From: an uncultured Clostridia bacterium
GTDB taxonomy: Bacteria > Bacillota > Clostridia > Christensenellales > CAG-917
DNA: 64,000 bases
Assembly (NCBI GenBank): GCA_944358385.1
Contig: CALVQW010000008.1
Location: 17,228-81,227 of the forward strand
Reading direction: 5' to 3'
Shown here: piece by piece, positions 17,361 to 26,303 of the stretch
How positions within the stretch are numbered: position 1 is the stretch's first letter
Layout: every line of letters starts with the position of its first letter
Notes under the pieces: generated by a model
What the model saw: the letters and a program-made list of their open reading frames with translations, nothing else
The model's database searches: none
Told to the model about the DNA's origin: nothing
Position numbers and translations under genes: made by a program

Positions 17361-20300
17361 ATGAAAAGAAAGAAATTTTCCATTCTGATCCTGTTCCTGA
17401 TCCTCACCGTCGTTTTCGTCTCGGCGGCGTTCGTTGCGTGCAACAACACCACCGAGGAAGACACAGCCGAGGCTCTCGAACCCACGGAAGGACTGCTCAT
17501 CAGCAACTCCGACTTCAAGGTCATCGGCACTTCGGGGAGCTATCCCCACACCATCACGGACTGGACGGGCGGCAAGCTCTACTCCTCCTCGTCCGTTCCC
17601 GGCGACGTGATAGCGGGTGCGATCAGCCTCGAAGAAGCTCTCTATGCCGCGGACCGCGCATTGTGGAACGATGACGGCAGTGCGGACGAGAGCGGCAAGA
17701 CGCTCTACGAACGTCTCGTGGCGGGCGGACATTTCTCGGACGCCGAGGATGCGGTGAACAACATCCTCATGATCCACATGCCCACCTCCGACATGGCGGA
17801 GGACGACGATGACGACTACGGTCCCACCGCGTACGGCTACTCTTCCAAGTCCTTCTCTCTGGACGCCGGCTCCTACTACAAGCTGAGCGTGGACGTGCTC
17901 ACCTATGACATCGCGGGCACGGACGACGAGGACAACGTCCCGGGAGCCAGGATCTATCTCTCCTCCGCGGGCTATGCCGAGATCTCCGGCATCGACACCA
18001 AGGGCGAGTGGAAGGAATACACCATCTACATCGAGAGCGCGGCGACTTCCTCCACCTCTCTCACCCTCAATCTGGGGCTTGGCAAATACAGCTCCTACTA
18101 CCGTGACGGTCTCACTTCCGGCTACGCCTTCTTCGACAACGTGACTCTCGAAAAGATCAATGACGGCGAGGTCACCGAGGCGGAAGCCGAGGCTGTGTTC
18201 ACCGAGAAGGTGAATGAAGAAAGGATGGCATACGAAACCATCCTCGCCGACTACCGCAACGAGACCGCGACTGCGGATGACGAGACGGATGTGACTCCTC
18301 TCGCCGTACGTTACGCCGCGATGACGACGCGCACGATGACTCTCAAAGCGTCCAACGGCAGGTTCGACTTCGGTTCCACCACCATAGGCACTTCCGCTCC
18401 CTCCGGCTGGTCGCTGGTGACGGGAGAGGACGCGCCCACTTCCTACCGCTTCAACGGCGTGATCTCGGCGTCCCTCTTCGGCGACAACTACACCTCTTAC
18501 GCCGGCACCTACTACATCGACAGGACGCCCTCCACTCCCGCGACCAACCTCGTCAACGTGACGGGATATATGGACTCCCACCTGGACGGCAGCATGGGTG
18601 ACAGCGTGTATATGCTCTCCCAGCAGATGATGACGGCGCAGGGCATCCGCTCCTCCCGTAAGCTCGTCATTGAAAAGAACGGGCTTTACGCCCTCAGCGT
18701 GAGCGTGCTCACCTACAACGTGTACGGCGGCGGCGTCTCCCTCATCCTCTCCGGCGACGGCGAGGACATCGTCATCGAGGGCATCTCCGAGAATCCCTAC
18801 GACGGCACCGTCCTCTTCGGCGAGGAAAAGACGGGCAACACCCCCCACGACGACGGCTGGCGCACCTACACCTTCTACATCCGCGGCAACGAGTATAAGG
18901 ACATGTCCTACAACCTCACTCTGTGGCTGGGCACGGGCGACGCCGAGGACAACGTCGAGGAAGAATACACCTACTACTCCTCTTCCTCCTCTTCCTCTTC
19001 GGGCAGCACCCGCACCACCTACCGCGCCAACGGCAGTTTCGCTTCGGGCTGGGCGTTCTTTGACGACGTGGATCTCGTCAAATGCACGACGGAAGATTTC
19101 GACAAAGCCGTCGAAGGCATCTCTCCCTCCTACAAGCTGGATGTGGCGGGCGGCGACGAGACCGTCCTTTACACCGAACTCTCCTCCGAGAGCCATTTCG
19201 AGACCGCATCCGAACTTTACGGCAACATTTCCCGCGATTTCGCTTACGGCGGCAGTGACGACTACTCCGCAGGCACCCTCGGCAAGACCGCGGGCTGGAG
19301 CAACGTCGCCACCGACGAGGACGCTCCTCCCGTCATCAACGCGGACATCGTGACCGCGGGCACCATGCCCCTCGCCGAGAGCGAGAGCAGCAAAGCCCTC
19401 TATGACGCGCTCGGACTTGCCGCGCCCGGACTCCCCTACGACGGTGTCCCCGACTCCGGCATGATGATCAGCATCTCCGAGAACGCAGCCTATGCGTTGC
19501 GCTCCGGCGACATCACCCTGCGCGCGAACAGCACCTACGCCGTCTCCGTCTGGGTAAAGACGGTGGACGTTGAGTCCGGCAAGGGCGCGTATCTCTACCT
19601 CAAAGGTCTTGACGACAAGGATGAGGAGACCACCCTCGCCTCCTTCACCGCCATCAACACTTCCGACGAGGAAGGCAACAGCGAATGGACGGAATACACC
19701 TTCTACATCAAAGGCTCCGATGAAGGCGCGGAGAAAGTCTGGCTGGAATTCTCGCTGGGCACGGGCAACAAGTGGAGCGCGTCCACTCTGACCTCCGGCA
19801 CGGCGTTCTTTGCCAACATCAGCATGATGGACGTGACGTATGCGGACTTCTCCTCCGCATCCTCCGGCACCTACATCAAGAAGGCGGATCTCTCCACCGG
19901 CACGGTGGACGGCTCCTTCCCCAACGGCTCCTTCGGCAACATCGACTACGATGAACTCGAGGAGGCCCTCACCGCGTCCGAGGACGAGACGGACGGCACT
20001 TTGCAGAACGGCAACGCAGCCGGCGTCCCCGAGGATTGGACGCTGAGCGACCGCACCTTCACCGAGAACGAGGACGGCAGCCACAACTCCGACTTCGTGG
20101 CAGGCGTCGTCAAGCTGGAGGAATCCGAAACCGAACCCGGCGTCTGGGGCAAGAGCAAGCAGATCTCCAACCTCTTCGGCGCGGATGACGTGTTCTTCGA
20201 CACCGTCTACTCCGAGGGAGATCCCGACCTTGCAAAGGGCGCGCCTTACCTGCTCACCATAGCGGGACTCAATGACAAAGCTTACTCCGTGGGTTATCTC

Positions 20301-21869
20301 TCGGACAAGTTCACCCTTGACTCTTCCACCAACTACTCCATCAGCGTGTGGGCAAAGGCGGAGCAAGGCACCAAGGGCATGATCTTCCTCACCGGCGAGG
20401 CGTCCGGCACCGTCAAGGGCGAGGCGGACACCGACCTCTGGTACACCGTCGAGGGCGACGGGATGTGGCACAAGTACACCTTCAACATCGAGGTGGGACT
20501 CACCGACATCTCCCTGCAACTCGGTCTGTGGCTGGGCGAGAACACCGACATCACGGGCGGTGACAAGGATGCGGCGGCAAGCTCCGGCATCATCCTCTTC
20601 GACTCCGTCACCATGCACGAAGGTCTCACGGATAAGGAGATCGACGACTACACTCCCGCAGGCGAGTACGAACAGACCAAACACATCACCTTCTTCACCG
20701 ACTCCTTCGACACCCTCGAAGGCAGCAGCGAGACCACGGACGAGGAGGGCAACAACATCCTCACCGATCCCAACGGCTGGACGGGCACCCGCGGCACCGA
20801 GCAGGAAGAAGAGGACATCAACCACGGCGTCTTTAACACCAAGGATCCCAATCCCGTGTTCATCGGGCGCGATCCCGACAAGGACGAAAACGAGGACGAG
20901 AATGAGGGCAGACACTACGTCAAAGGTCTCGGTCCCGAACTCGATGTGGACGACTTCACCGCAAGCACGCAGGAGATCAATGACTGGCTCACCGAGGAAG
21001 GCATCACCTCTCCCACCCAAGAGGACGAGGACAGAGCGCGCGAGGCGATAAAGTTGGATAAATACTATCGCGCGGTCGCGGACAGGATGCTCCCCTCCGA
21101 CATCGCGGAGAAGGTGCGTGCGGGCGCGGACGGTGACAACGTCCTTCTCATCAACAACATCAACGACAGCGCGTACCGCTACGGTTCGACGGGCTACACC
21201 CTCACCGCGGAGACCGCGTACAGGATCACCGTGCGCGTGTTCACCTACGGCATAGGTCACATCGGCGATGACGGGCTGTGGACCGCCGCCGACGACAGGG
21301 GCGCGTACATCGAGCTTTACCTCGGCTCTGCGGACGGCGACGACGATCCTCTCTACTTCGAGCACGTCAACACGGCGGGCGAGTGGAAGGAATACACCTT
21401 CCTGGTGCTCGCTCCCTCCGACGACGTCACCGAGGTCTCCCTCCGTCTCGGACTCGGACGCTATGACGCGGACGACGAGTCTCAGCTGGTCAGCGGCTAC
21501 GCATTCTTCGACGCGGTCACCATCGAGGAGATCGGCGGCGAGAACGAATACGACGCGGCTGTCGAGGCTGCTCCCGAGGACGGCTCCCACGCCGACTACA
21601 TCATCCCCGAAGAGGCGGAGCGCGGCGCGACGGACGACGGTGAGGACGACGGTACGGATGTTCCTTCCGGCGGCTTCAACCTCGATGCTCTGTGGTGGAT
21701 GATCCCGACCATCGTCATCGGTCTCGCCATCATCGCGGTCGTGATCGTCTACTTCGTCAAGAAGTACCGCAAGAAGTTCGCCAAGAAGACTCCCGACGAG
21801 CCGACCGACAGCATCTCCTCCTCCAACGTCAAGAGGAAGAAGGACGACTACGACTCCTTCTCCGAGTGA
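17361..21869 (+). CDS. 1502-aa acidic cell-surface protein with five divergent beta-sandwich-like modules, an N-terminal signal/lipobox-like peptide and a C-terminal TM anchor
   Basis: MKRKKFSILILFLILTVVFVSAAFVAC signal. Each module ends with a recurring core of type Y.LSV.V.T..........Y........(E/G)W.(E/K)YTF.I......L.L.LG........SG.AFFD. TM helix WWMIPTIVIGLAIIAVVIVYFV followed by a basic tail. Flanked by the promoter above and a strong terminator. Confidence 0.85.
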   Translation: MKRKKFSILILFLILTVVFVSAAFVACNNTTEEDTAEALEPTEGLLISNSDFKVIGTSGSYPHTITDWTGGKLYSSSSVPGDVIAGAISLEEALYAADRALWNDDGSADESGKTLYERLVAGGHFSDAEDAVNNILMIHMPTSDMAEDDDDDYGPTAYGYSSKSFSLDAGSYYKLSVDVLTYDIAGTDDEDNVPGARIYLSSAGYAEISGIDTKGEWKEYTIYIESAATSSTSLTLNLGLGKYSSYYRDGLTSGYAFFDNVTLEKINDGEVTEAEAEAVFTEKVNEERMAYETILADYRNETATADDETDVTPLAVRYAAMTTRTMTLKASNGRFDFGSTTIGTSAPSGWSLVTGEDAPTSYRFNGVISASLFGDNYTSYAGTYYIDRTPSTPATNLVNVTGYMDSHLDGSMGDSVYMLSQQMMTAQGIRSSRKLVIEKNGLYALSVSVLTYNVYGGGVSLILSGDGEDIVIEGISENPYDGTVLFGEEKTGNTPHDDGWRTYTFYIRGNEYKDMSYNLTLWLGTGDAEDNVEEEYTYYSSSSSSSSGSTRTTYRANGSFASGWAFFDDVDLVKCTTEDFDKAVEGISPSYKLDVAGGDETVLYTELSSESHFETASELYGNISRDFAYGGSDDYSAGTLGKTAGWSNVATDEDAPPVINADIVTAGTMPLAESESSKALYDALGLAAPGLPYDGVPDSGMMISISENAAYALRSGDITLRANSTYAVSVWVKTVDVESGKGAYLYLKGLDDKDEETTLASFTAINTSDEEGNSEWTEYTFYIKGSDEGAEKVWLEFSLGTGNKWSASTLTSGTAFFANISMMDVTYADFSSASSGTYIKKADLSTGTVDGSFPNGSFGNIDYDELEEALTASEDETDGTLQNGNAAGVPEDWTLSDRTFTENEDGSHNSDFVAGVVKLEESETEPGVWGKSKQISNLFGADDVFFDTVYSEGDPDLAKGAPYLLTIAGLNDKAYSVGYLSDKFTLDSSTNYSISVWAKAEQGTKGMIFLTGEASGTVKGEADTDLWYTVEGDGMWHKYTFNIEVGLTDISLQLGLWLGENTDITGGDKDAAASSGIILFDSVTMHEGLTDKEIDDYTPAGEYEQTKHITFFTDSFDTLEGSSETTDEEGNNILTDPNGWTGTRGTEQEEEDINHGVFNTKDPNPVFIGRDPDKDENEDENEGRHYVKGLGPELDVDDFTASTQEINDWLTEEGITSPTQEDEDRAREAIKLDKYYRAVADRMLPSDIAEKVRAGADGDNVLLINNINDSAYRYGSTGYTLTAETAYRITVRVFTYGIGHIGDDGLWTAADDRGAYIELYLGSADGDDDPLYFEHVNTAGEWKEYTFLVLAPSDDVTEVSLRLGLGRYDADDESQLVSGYAFFDAVTIEEIGGENEYDAAVEAAPEDGSHADYIIPEEAERGATDDGEDDGTDVPSGGFNLDALWWMIPTIVIGLAIIAVVIVYFVKKYRKKFAKKTPDEPTDSISSSNVKRKKDDYDSFSE

Positions 21870-21890
21870 TGACACTCGGTGATGCACCCT

Positions 21891-21924
21891 AAAGCCCTCT
21901 CCCCGTGAGAGGGCTTTTTGTTTT
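21891..21924 (+). terminator. rho-independent terminator of the giant gene
   Basis: AAAGCCCTCTC cccgt GAGAGGGCTTT followed by TTGTTTT. Confidence 0.85.
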
Positions 21925-22178
21925 GCGCCGCACTTCTCGCCCTCCCGTTTTTCTGCCGCCGGCACTCCCCGCTTCCCCGCCCGATCCCCTTCTGCTTTCG
22001 CACAGCGTTCCGCAGTTTCATCGACACGCCCTTACACGCCGACACTCTCTTTCCGCCCTCTCCCCGCCCGCGCACTCCGCGCCGACCTGCTCACTCCCTT
22101 CCGAACAGCCTGCCGCAGCCCTTCCTCTTGCAGAATGTTTTTCCTGCGGCACGCATATTGTGGATTTGAGGCGAAAAA

Positions 22179-23678
22179 TTGAACGGAACGGTGAGATCTT
22201 TTTCGATAGTGACGATTTTTTCGGTGGCGACGCGGCTGCTCTCTTTCCTTTTCAAGATCTGGATGTCGCGCACCCTTGGCGCGGAGGCGGTGGGGCTTTA
22301 TCAGATAGCGTTCAGCGTCCTCATCCTCCTCTTTTCCTTCACTGCGGGCGCGCCCACCGTTCTGTCGAGAAAGGTCGCCGAATGCGCCGCGTCCGGGGAT
22401 GTAAAAAGGCAGAACGCTCTGACTACGGCATCCCTCCTCATTGGGCTTGCGTCCTCCGTGACCGTCTCCGTCCTCTTCCTCATCCTCAAAGACCATCTGG
22501 GCGGGCTTTTCTCGGACGAGAGATGCGTGCCCATCTTCCTCGTCATGCTCCCGGCTCTCATCACCTCCTCCCTCTACGCACCTTTGAGGAGCTGGTTCTG
22601 GGGGCGCAAACGCTTCCTCGCCTTCTCTTCGCTGGAACTGGTGGACGAGGGCTTGAAGATAGGCTTCTCCATGCTCTTTGCGGGCGGGCTTTTCGCCACT
22701 CTCACGGGAGCGACGGGCGTCGCGCTGGGACTCGTCGTCTCGGATGCGGTCTCCGTCCTGCTGCTCTTTCTCCTCTTTCTGCGCGCGGGCGGCAGGCTCG
22801 CCAAACCCGCAGGCGGCAAGGAACTCGTCTCCTCAATGCTCCCTCTCTCCGCCGTGAGGGTGCTCACCTCCCTCTCCGCCTCCCTCTCCGCCCTCGTCAT
22901 CCCCCGCAGACTCGTGGCGGGCGGGATGTCCTCCGCCCTCGCCACGGCGGGATACGGCAGAGTGGCGGGCATGGCACTCCCCCTCATCATGGCACCCGTC
23001 ACCATCGTCTCCGCGCTCTCTGTGGTGCTCATCCCCGATCTTGCGGAACTCGCCTCCGCGGGCAAATACGACGAGATACGCGCCAAGCTGCGCACCGCGC
23101 TCCTCTTCGCCGCCCTCGTCGCGTCCGCGTTCTTCGCCGCTTACGTCCCTTTGGGACGGGAACTCGGTGCGTTCTTCTTCGGGGACGAGGAGGCGGGCAG
23201 GCTGGTCTCGTATGCCGCCGTCATCATCTTCCCCCTCGCGCTGGGCAGCGTCACCACCCCCGTCCTCAACTCCCTCGGCATGGAAAAATGCTCCTTCCTC
23301 TCCTACGTCTGCGGGCTGGCTTGCTCCCTCCCCTGCATCTTCTTCCTGCCCGCGCACATCGGCATCTACTCGGCGGCGGTGGCGAGCGGAGTGGGATTTG
23401 CCGTCACGGCGACGGTCAATTCCCTCTTTCTCATGCACAGGCTGGGCAAACCCGACGGCTTGGGACGCGCGGCGGGAGTGTGCCTTTTCGCCCTTCCCCT
23501 CTCGGTGCTGGGAGTCTTTCTGGAAAGGCTGATCTCCCCCGCCCTCAACGACATCCTCACCATGGTCGCGGTAGCCCTGCCCGTCATGGGCATATTCGTC
23601 GCGTTCGTCACGGTGTTCGGCATAGTGGATGTGCGCGCCGCGATAGCCCTCGTGCTGCCCTCCCGCCGCCGCGCATAA
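22179..23678 (+). CDS. MOP-superfamily flippase (SpoVB / polysaccharide-biosynthesis / MurJ-like), TTG start
   Basis: 499-aa polytopic ORF. The N-terminus (ATRLLSFLFKIWMSRTLGAEAVGLYQIAF) follows the SpoVB/Wzx pattern. Confidence 0.75.
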   Translation: MNGTVRSFSIVTIFSVATRLLSFLFKIWMSRTLGAEAVGLYQIAFSVLILLFSFTAGAPTVLSRKVAECAASGDVKRQNALTTASLLIGLASSVTVSVLFLILKDHLGGLFSDERCVPIFLVMLPALITSSLYAPLRSWFWGRKRFLAFSSLELVDEGLKIGFSMLFAGGLFATLTGATGVALGLVVSDAVSVLLLFLLFLRAGGRLAKPAGGKELVSSMLPLSAVRVLTSLSASLSALVIPRRLVAGGMSSALATAGYGRVAGMALPLIMAPVTIVSALSVVLIPDLAELASAGKYDEIRAKLRTALLFAALVASAFFAAYVPLGRELGAFFFGDEEAGRLVSYAAVIIFPLALGSVTTPVLNSLGMEKCSFLSYVCGLACSLPCIFFLPAHIGIYSAAVASGVGFAVTATVNSLFLMHRLGKPDGLGRAAGVCLFALPLSVLGVFLERLISPALNDILTMVAVALPVMGIFVAFVTVFGIVDVRAAIALVLPSRRRA

Positions 23679-23706
23679 AAGCCACCCCCGGCAACAAAAT
23701 AGAGCT

Positions 23707-24414
23707 ATGCTCAACCTCTTTGTCAGGTGCATAGTCATCTACTTTTTCCTGCTCGTCGCAATGCGGCTGATGGGCAAACGCCAGCTGGGCGAATTGCAGC
23801 CCTTCGAATTCGCCATCACGTTGGTGGCGAGCGACCTCGCGTGCATCCCGATGAGCGACCACACCATCCCGATAATCTACGGCATAATCCCCGTTTTTAC
23901 CCTGTTCGTGGTGCACATCATCATCACCAAACTCGCGTCGGGCAGCCTGCGTTTCCGCAAGCTCCTCAACGGCAAACCCATCGTGGTCATAGAGCGCGGC
24001 AATCTGCTCCCGAATGTCCTCAAAGAACTGAACATGAACATAGACGACCTTCTCGAAGCCCTGCGGTCGGGCGGGTGTTTCGATCCCGGCGAAGTGGAAT
24101 ATGCCATCATCGAGACCAACGGCACCATGACCGTTCTCCCCAAGGCGCAGTTCAAGCCCCTCACCCCCGCGGATATGGACATAAACCCGCAGCCCGCGGA
24201 AATGCCCGTCACCGTCGTCATGGAAGGGTGCTTCATGGGCGCGAATATGAAAGGATTGCAGGACGTGGACAAAAAGCGCGTGATGCGTCTGCTGGACACT
24301 CTGGGCATGAGTCAGTCCGACGTCCTTCTCCTGCTCGTCACGGGCAACAGAGTGTTCCTGCAACCGTATGAGGGGGACAGTATGACGCTCTCCTTCCCGG
24401 AGGAGGAGAGATGA
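23707..24414 (+). CDS. DUF421 (YetF-like) membrane protein
   Basis: LMGKRQLGELQPFEFAITLV signature plus a C-terminal soluble domain. Confidence 0.8.
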   Translation: MLNLFVRCIVIYFFLLVAMRLMGKRQLGELQPFEFAITLVASDLACIPMSDHTIPIIYGIIPVFTLFVVHIIITKLASGSLRFRKLLNGKPIVVIERGNLLPNVLKELNMNIDDLLEALRSGGCFDPGEVEYAIIETNGTMTVLPKAQFKPLTPADMDINPQPAEMPVTVVMEGCFMGANMKGLQDVDKKRVMRLLDTLGMSQSDVLLLLVTGNRVFLQPYEGDSMTLSFPEEER

Positions 24415-24788
24415 AACGCTTTGTCATCGCCCTCATCATACTTGCTCTCATCATCACCGCGGGCGTGCTGGAAAGCGTGCATGTGGAAAGGACGTTCGGC
24501 GAGCTTGACAAGCGCATCGCCGCCTTGGAGGACGCCATCAAAAGCCCGACGGACGACGCCCTCGACGAGGTGAAGGCACTCTCCGCATGGTGGGAAAAGA
24601 GGCGGGCGGAGCTTGAACTTTTCACCTGGTCGCCCGATCTCAGAGCCTTCTCCGTCGCCCTCGCGGAGACGGAAGGATCGCTGGAATGCGGGGACGACAA
24701 AAACGCGCTGAGCAAATGTCAGTCGCTGCTCACCATGTCCCGCAACCTCAAAATGCTGTTGGATTTCTCACCCTCCGACATCATCTAG
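24411..24788 (+). CDS. DUF4363-like small membrane-anchored protein
   Basis: 125 aa with an N-terminal TM helix, ATGA-coupled to the DUF421 gene. This is the usual DUF421/DUF4363 pairing in Clostridia. Confidence 0.6.
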   Translation: MKRFVIALIILALIITAGVLESVHVERTFGELDKRIAALEDAIKSPTDDALDEVKALSAWWEKRRAELELFTWSPDLRAFSVALAETEGSLECGDDKNALSKCQSLLTMSRNLKMLLDFSPSDII

Positions 24789-26147
24789 CCCCTGCACTTC
24801 GGCTTTGAGGTCATAGATGTCGCCCGCGCCGAGGAAAAACACCTTGTCATACTCCCCCGCCCGCGAAAGCGCAATATTCCATGCATCATCAAGCGAAACT
24901 GCAAGATGAACCTTGCATTCGGGGAATAAACGCTCAATGGCAAAAGCGAGATCCCGCGATGTACCGCCCGCTTTTGCCCTCTCCCGCGCGGCATAGACGG
25001 GGAGCAGGATCACCTCTTCCCTTGCCCCCAGCACCTCCGCGAACGCGTCGAGATAACTAGCCGTGCGGGTGTAGGTGTGCGGCTGAAAGACGGGCAGCAC
25101 ACGGCTCCCGTCCGACTCTGCGGCATCGAGGGTGCAGGCAAGTTCCGTGGGATGGTGGGCGTAGTCGAAGATGACTTCCGCACCGCACATCCTCCCCGCC
25201 CTTTCGCAGCGTCTGGTCACCCCCTTGAAACGGGAGAGCGCGGCACAGGCTCGGTGCATATCCGCGCCGAGAGCGACAGCCAAAGCGACGGCGAACGTCC
25301 CGTCCTCCGCGTAGTGCGCGCCTGCATACGACAGGGTGAAAGTGTCCGTGCAGTCCGCGGAGGAGACCGTCACCGTCTGTCCGCCTCCGCATTTCGGAAC
25401 ACTCGAAAAGAGGTATGCGCACTCCTTCATATGAGAACACTTCTCTCCTATGGTGATGTGCGCACCCGTGCATATGATCTCATCTCCCTCCCTCACTATG
25501 ACATAGGGACAATTTTCGACAAATTTCGCAAAAGTCTCATGCACCTCGCCGATGTCTCGGTAACAGTCGGGATGGTCGCATTCCATGTTGACGACGACGG
25601 CAATGTCCGGGGAAAGCGCGGTGAGATGCCGCCCGAATTCACAGGCTTCGGTGAGGAAAAGCTCGCGGGGAAGCTCGCCGCTCCCTCCGCACACGGTGAG
25701 GTTGCCCATGCCCACGGGCGTGCCGCCGATGTGCGCGACAAAAGACATCCCGCACTCTTTGAGGATATGCGCGGTCATCGCGGTCACGGTGGTCTTGCCG
25801 TGCGTGCCCGCCACCGCCGCCACCGTGCGGAAATCTTCCGCCACCGCGGCGAGGAACTCGTGCCTCTCCGTCACACGCTTGCCCAACGCGAGAGCGAGAG
25901 CCACCTCCTCATCCGTGAGCGGCACGGCGGAGGATCGCACCACCAGCCCCGCCCTTGCGATTATGTCCCTGCGCACGCCGCGATATACCTGCGCGCCAAG
26001 CGCGGCAAGCCTCTCGGTCGCGGCACTCAACACCCTGTCGCTGCCGCTCACTTCCGCCCCCGCCAGCAGACAATACTCCGCCAGCGCGCACATGCTCGCC
26101 CCGCCCACGCCCACAAAATGCACTCTTTCCCCTCTCAGATCAGGCAT
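24768..26147 (-). CDS. murC: UDP-N-acetylmuramate--L-alanine ligase
   Basis: HFVGVGGASMCALAEY and GTHGKTTVTAM. The ATG at 26147 is preferred over the TTG at 26153 used by the ORF track. Confidence 0.9.
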   Translation of the reverse strand: MPDLRGERVHFVGVGGASMCALAEYCLLAGAEVSGSDRVLSAATERLAALGAQVYRGVRRDIIARAGLVVRSSAVPLTDEEVALALALGKRVTERHEFLAAVAEDFRTVAAVAGTHGKTTVTAMTAHILKECGMSFVAHIGGTPVGMGNLTVCGGSGELPRELFLTEACEFGRHLTALSPDIAVVVNMECDHPDCYRDIGEVHETFAKFVENCPYVIVREGDEIICTGAHITIGEKCSHMKECAYLFSSVPKCGGGQTVTVSSADCTDTFTLSYAGAHYAEDGTFAVALAVALGADMHRACAALSRFKGVTRRCERAGRMCGAEVIFDYAHHPTELACTLDAAESDGSRVLPVFQPHTYTRTASYLDAFAEVLGAREEVILLPVYAARERAKAGGTSRDLAFAIERLFPECKVHLAVSLDDAWNIALSRAGEYDKVFFLGAGDIYDLKAEVQGLDDVGG

Positions 26148-26211
26148 ACTCAATTATATGCCGCCCCCGCCCGAACCGGAACGCACAAATGCCCGCACCA
26201 AAAAACCTACG

Positions 26212-26295
26212 GGGTTCAGGCGCGCTTGCTCGGAGTGTTCGTCGGGTTCAGGCGCGCTCGCTCAAAGTGTGCGTCGTGCTCAAAGAGTGTAAAAC
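26212..26295. repeat. 32-nt tandem direct repeat, about 2.6 copies
   Basis: GGGTTCAGGCGCGCTTGCTCGGAGTGTTCGTC (26212-26243), GGGTTCAGGCGCGCTCGCTCAAAGTGTGCGTC (26244-26275), and a partial copy GTGCTCAAAGAGTGTAAAAC. Confidence 0.8.
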
Positions 26296-26303
26296 GGGCT
26301 GAC

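Noticed and set aside
17301-21965. 1554-aa ORF on the minus strand covering the entire giant gene
   Set aside because: This is an antisense shadow. The sense gene is dominated by GAC/GAG/GGC/ACC-type codons whose complements cannot form stops. The antisense product is low-complexity V/G/R/A/D-rich with no signal peptide, SD or domain periodicity. The plus-strand ORF, by contrast, has a promoter, SD, signal peptide, repeated modules, TM anchor and terminator.
21905-23734. 609-aa plus-strand ORF overlapping the SpoVB-like gene in another frame
   Set aside because: R/P/G/H-rich with no hydrophobic periodicity. The 22179..23678 frame gives a coherent polytopic MOP-flippase sequence.
26212-26295. 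Possible CRISPR array
   Set aside because: The repeats are directly abutting with no spacers. There are only about 2.6 units and no cas genes in the window.
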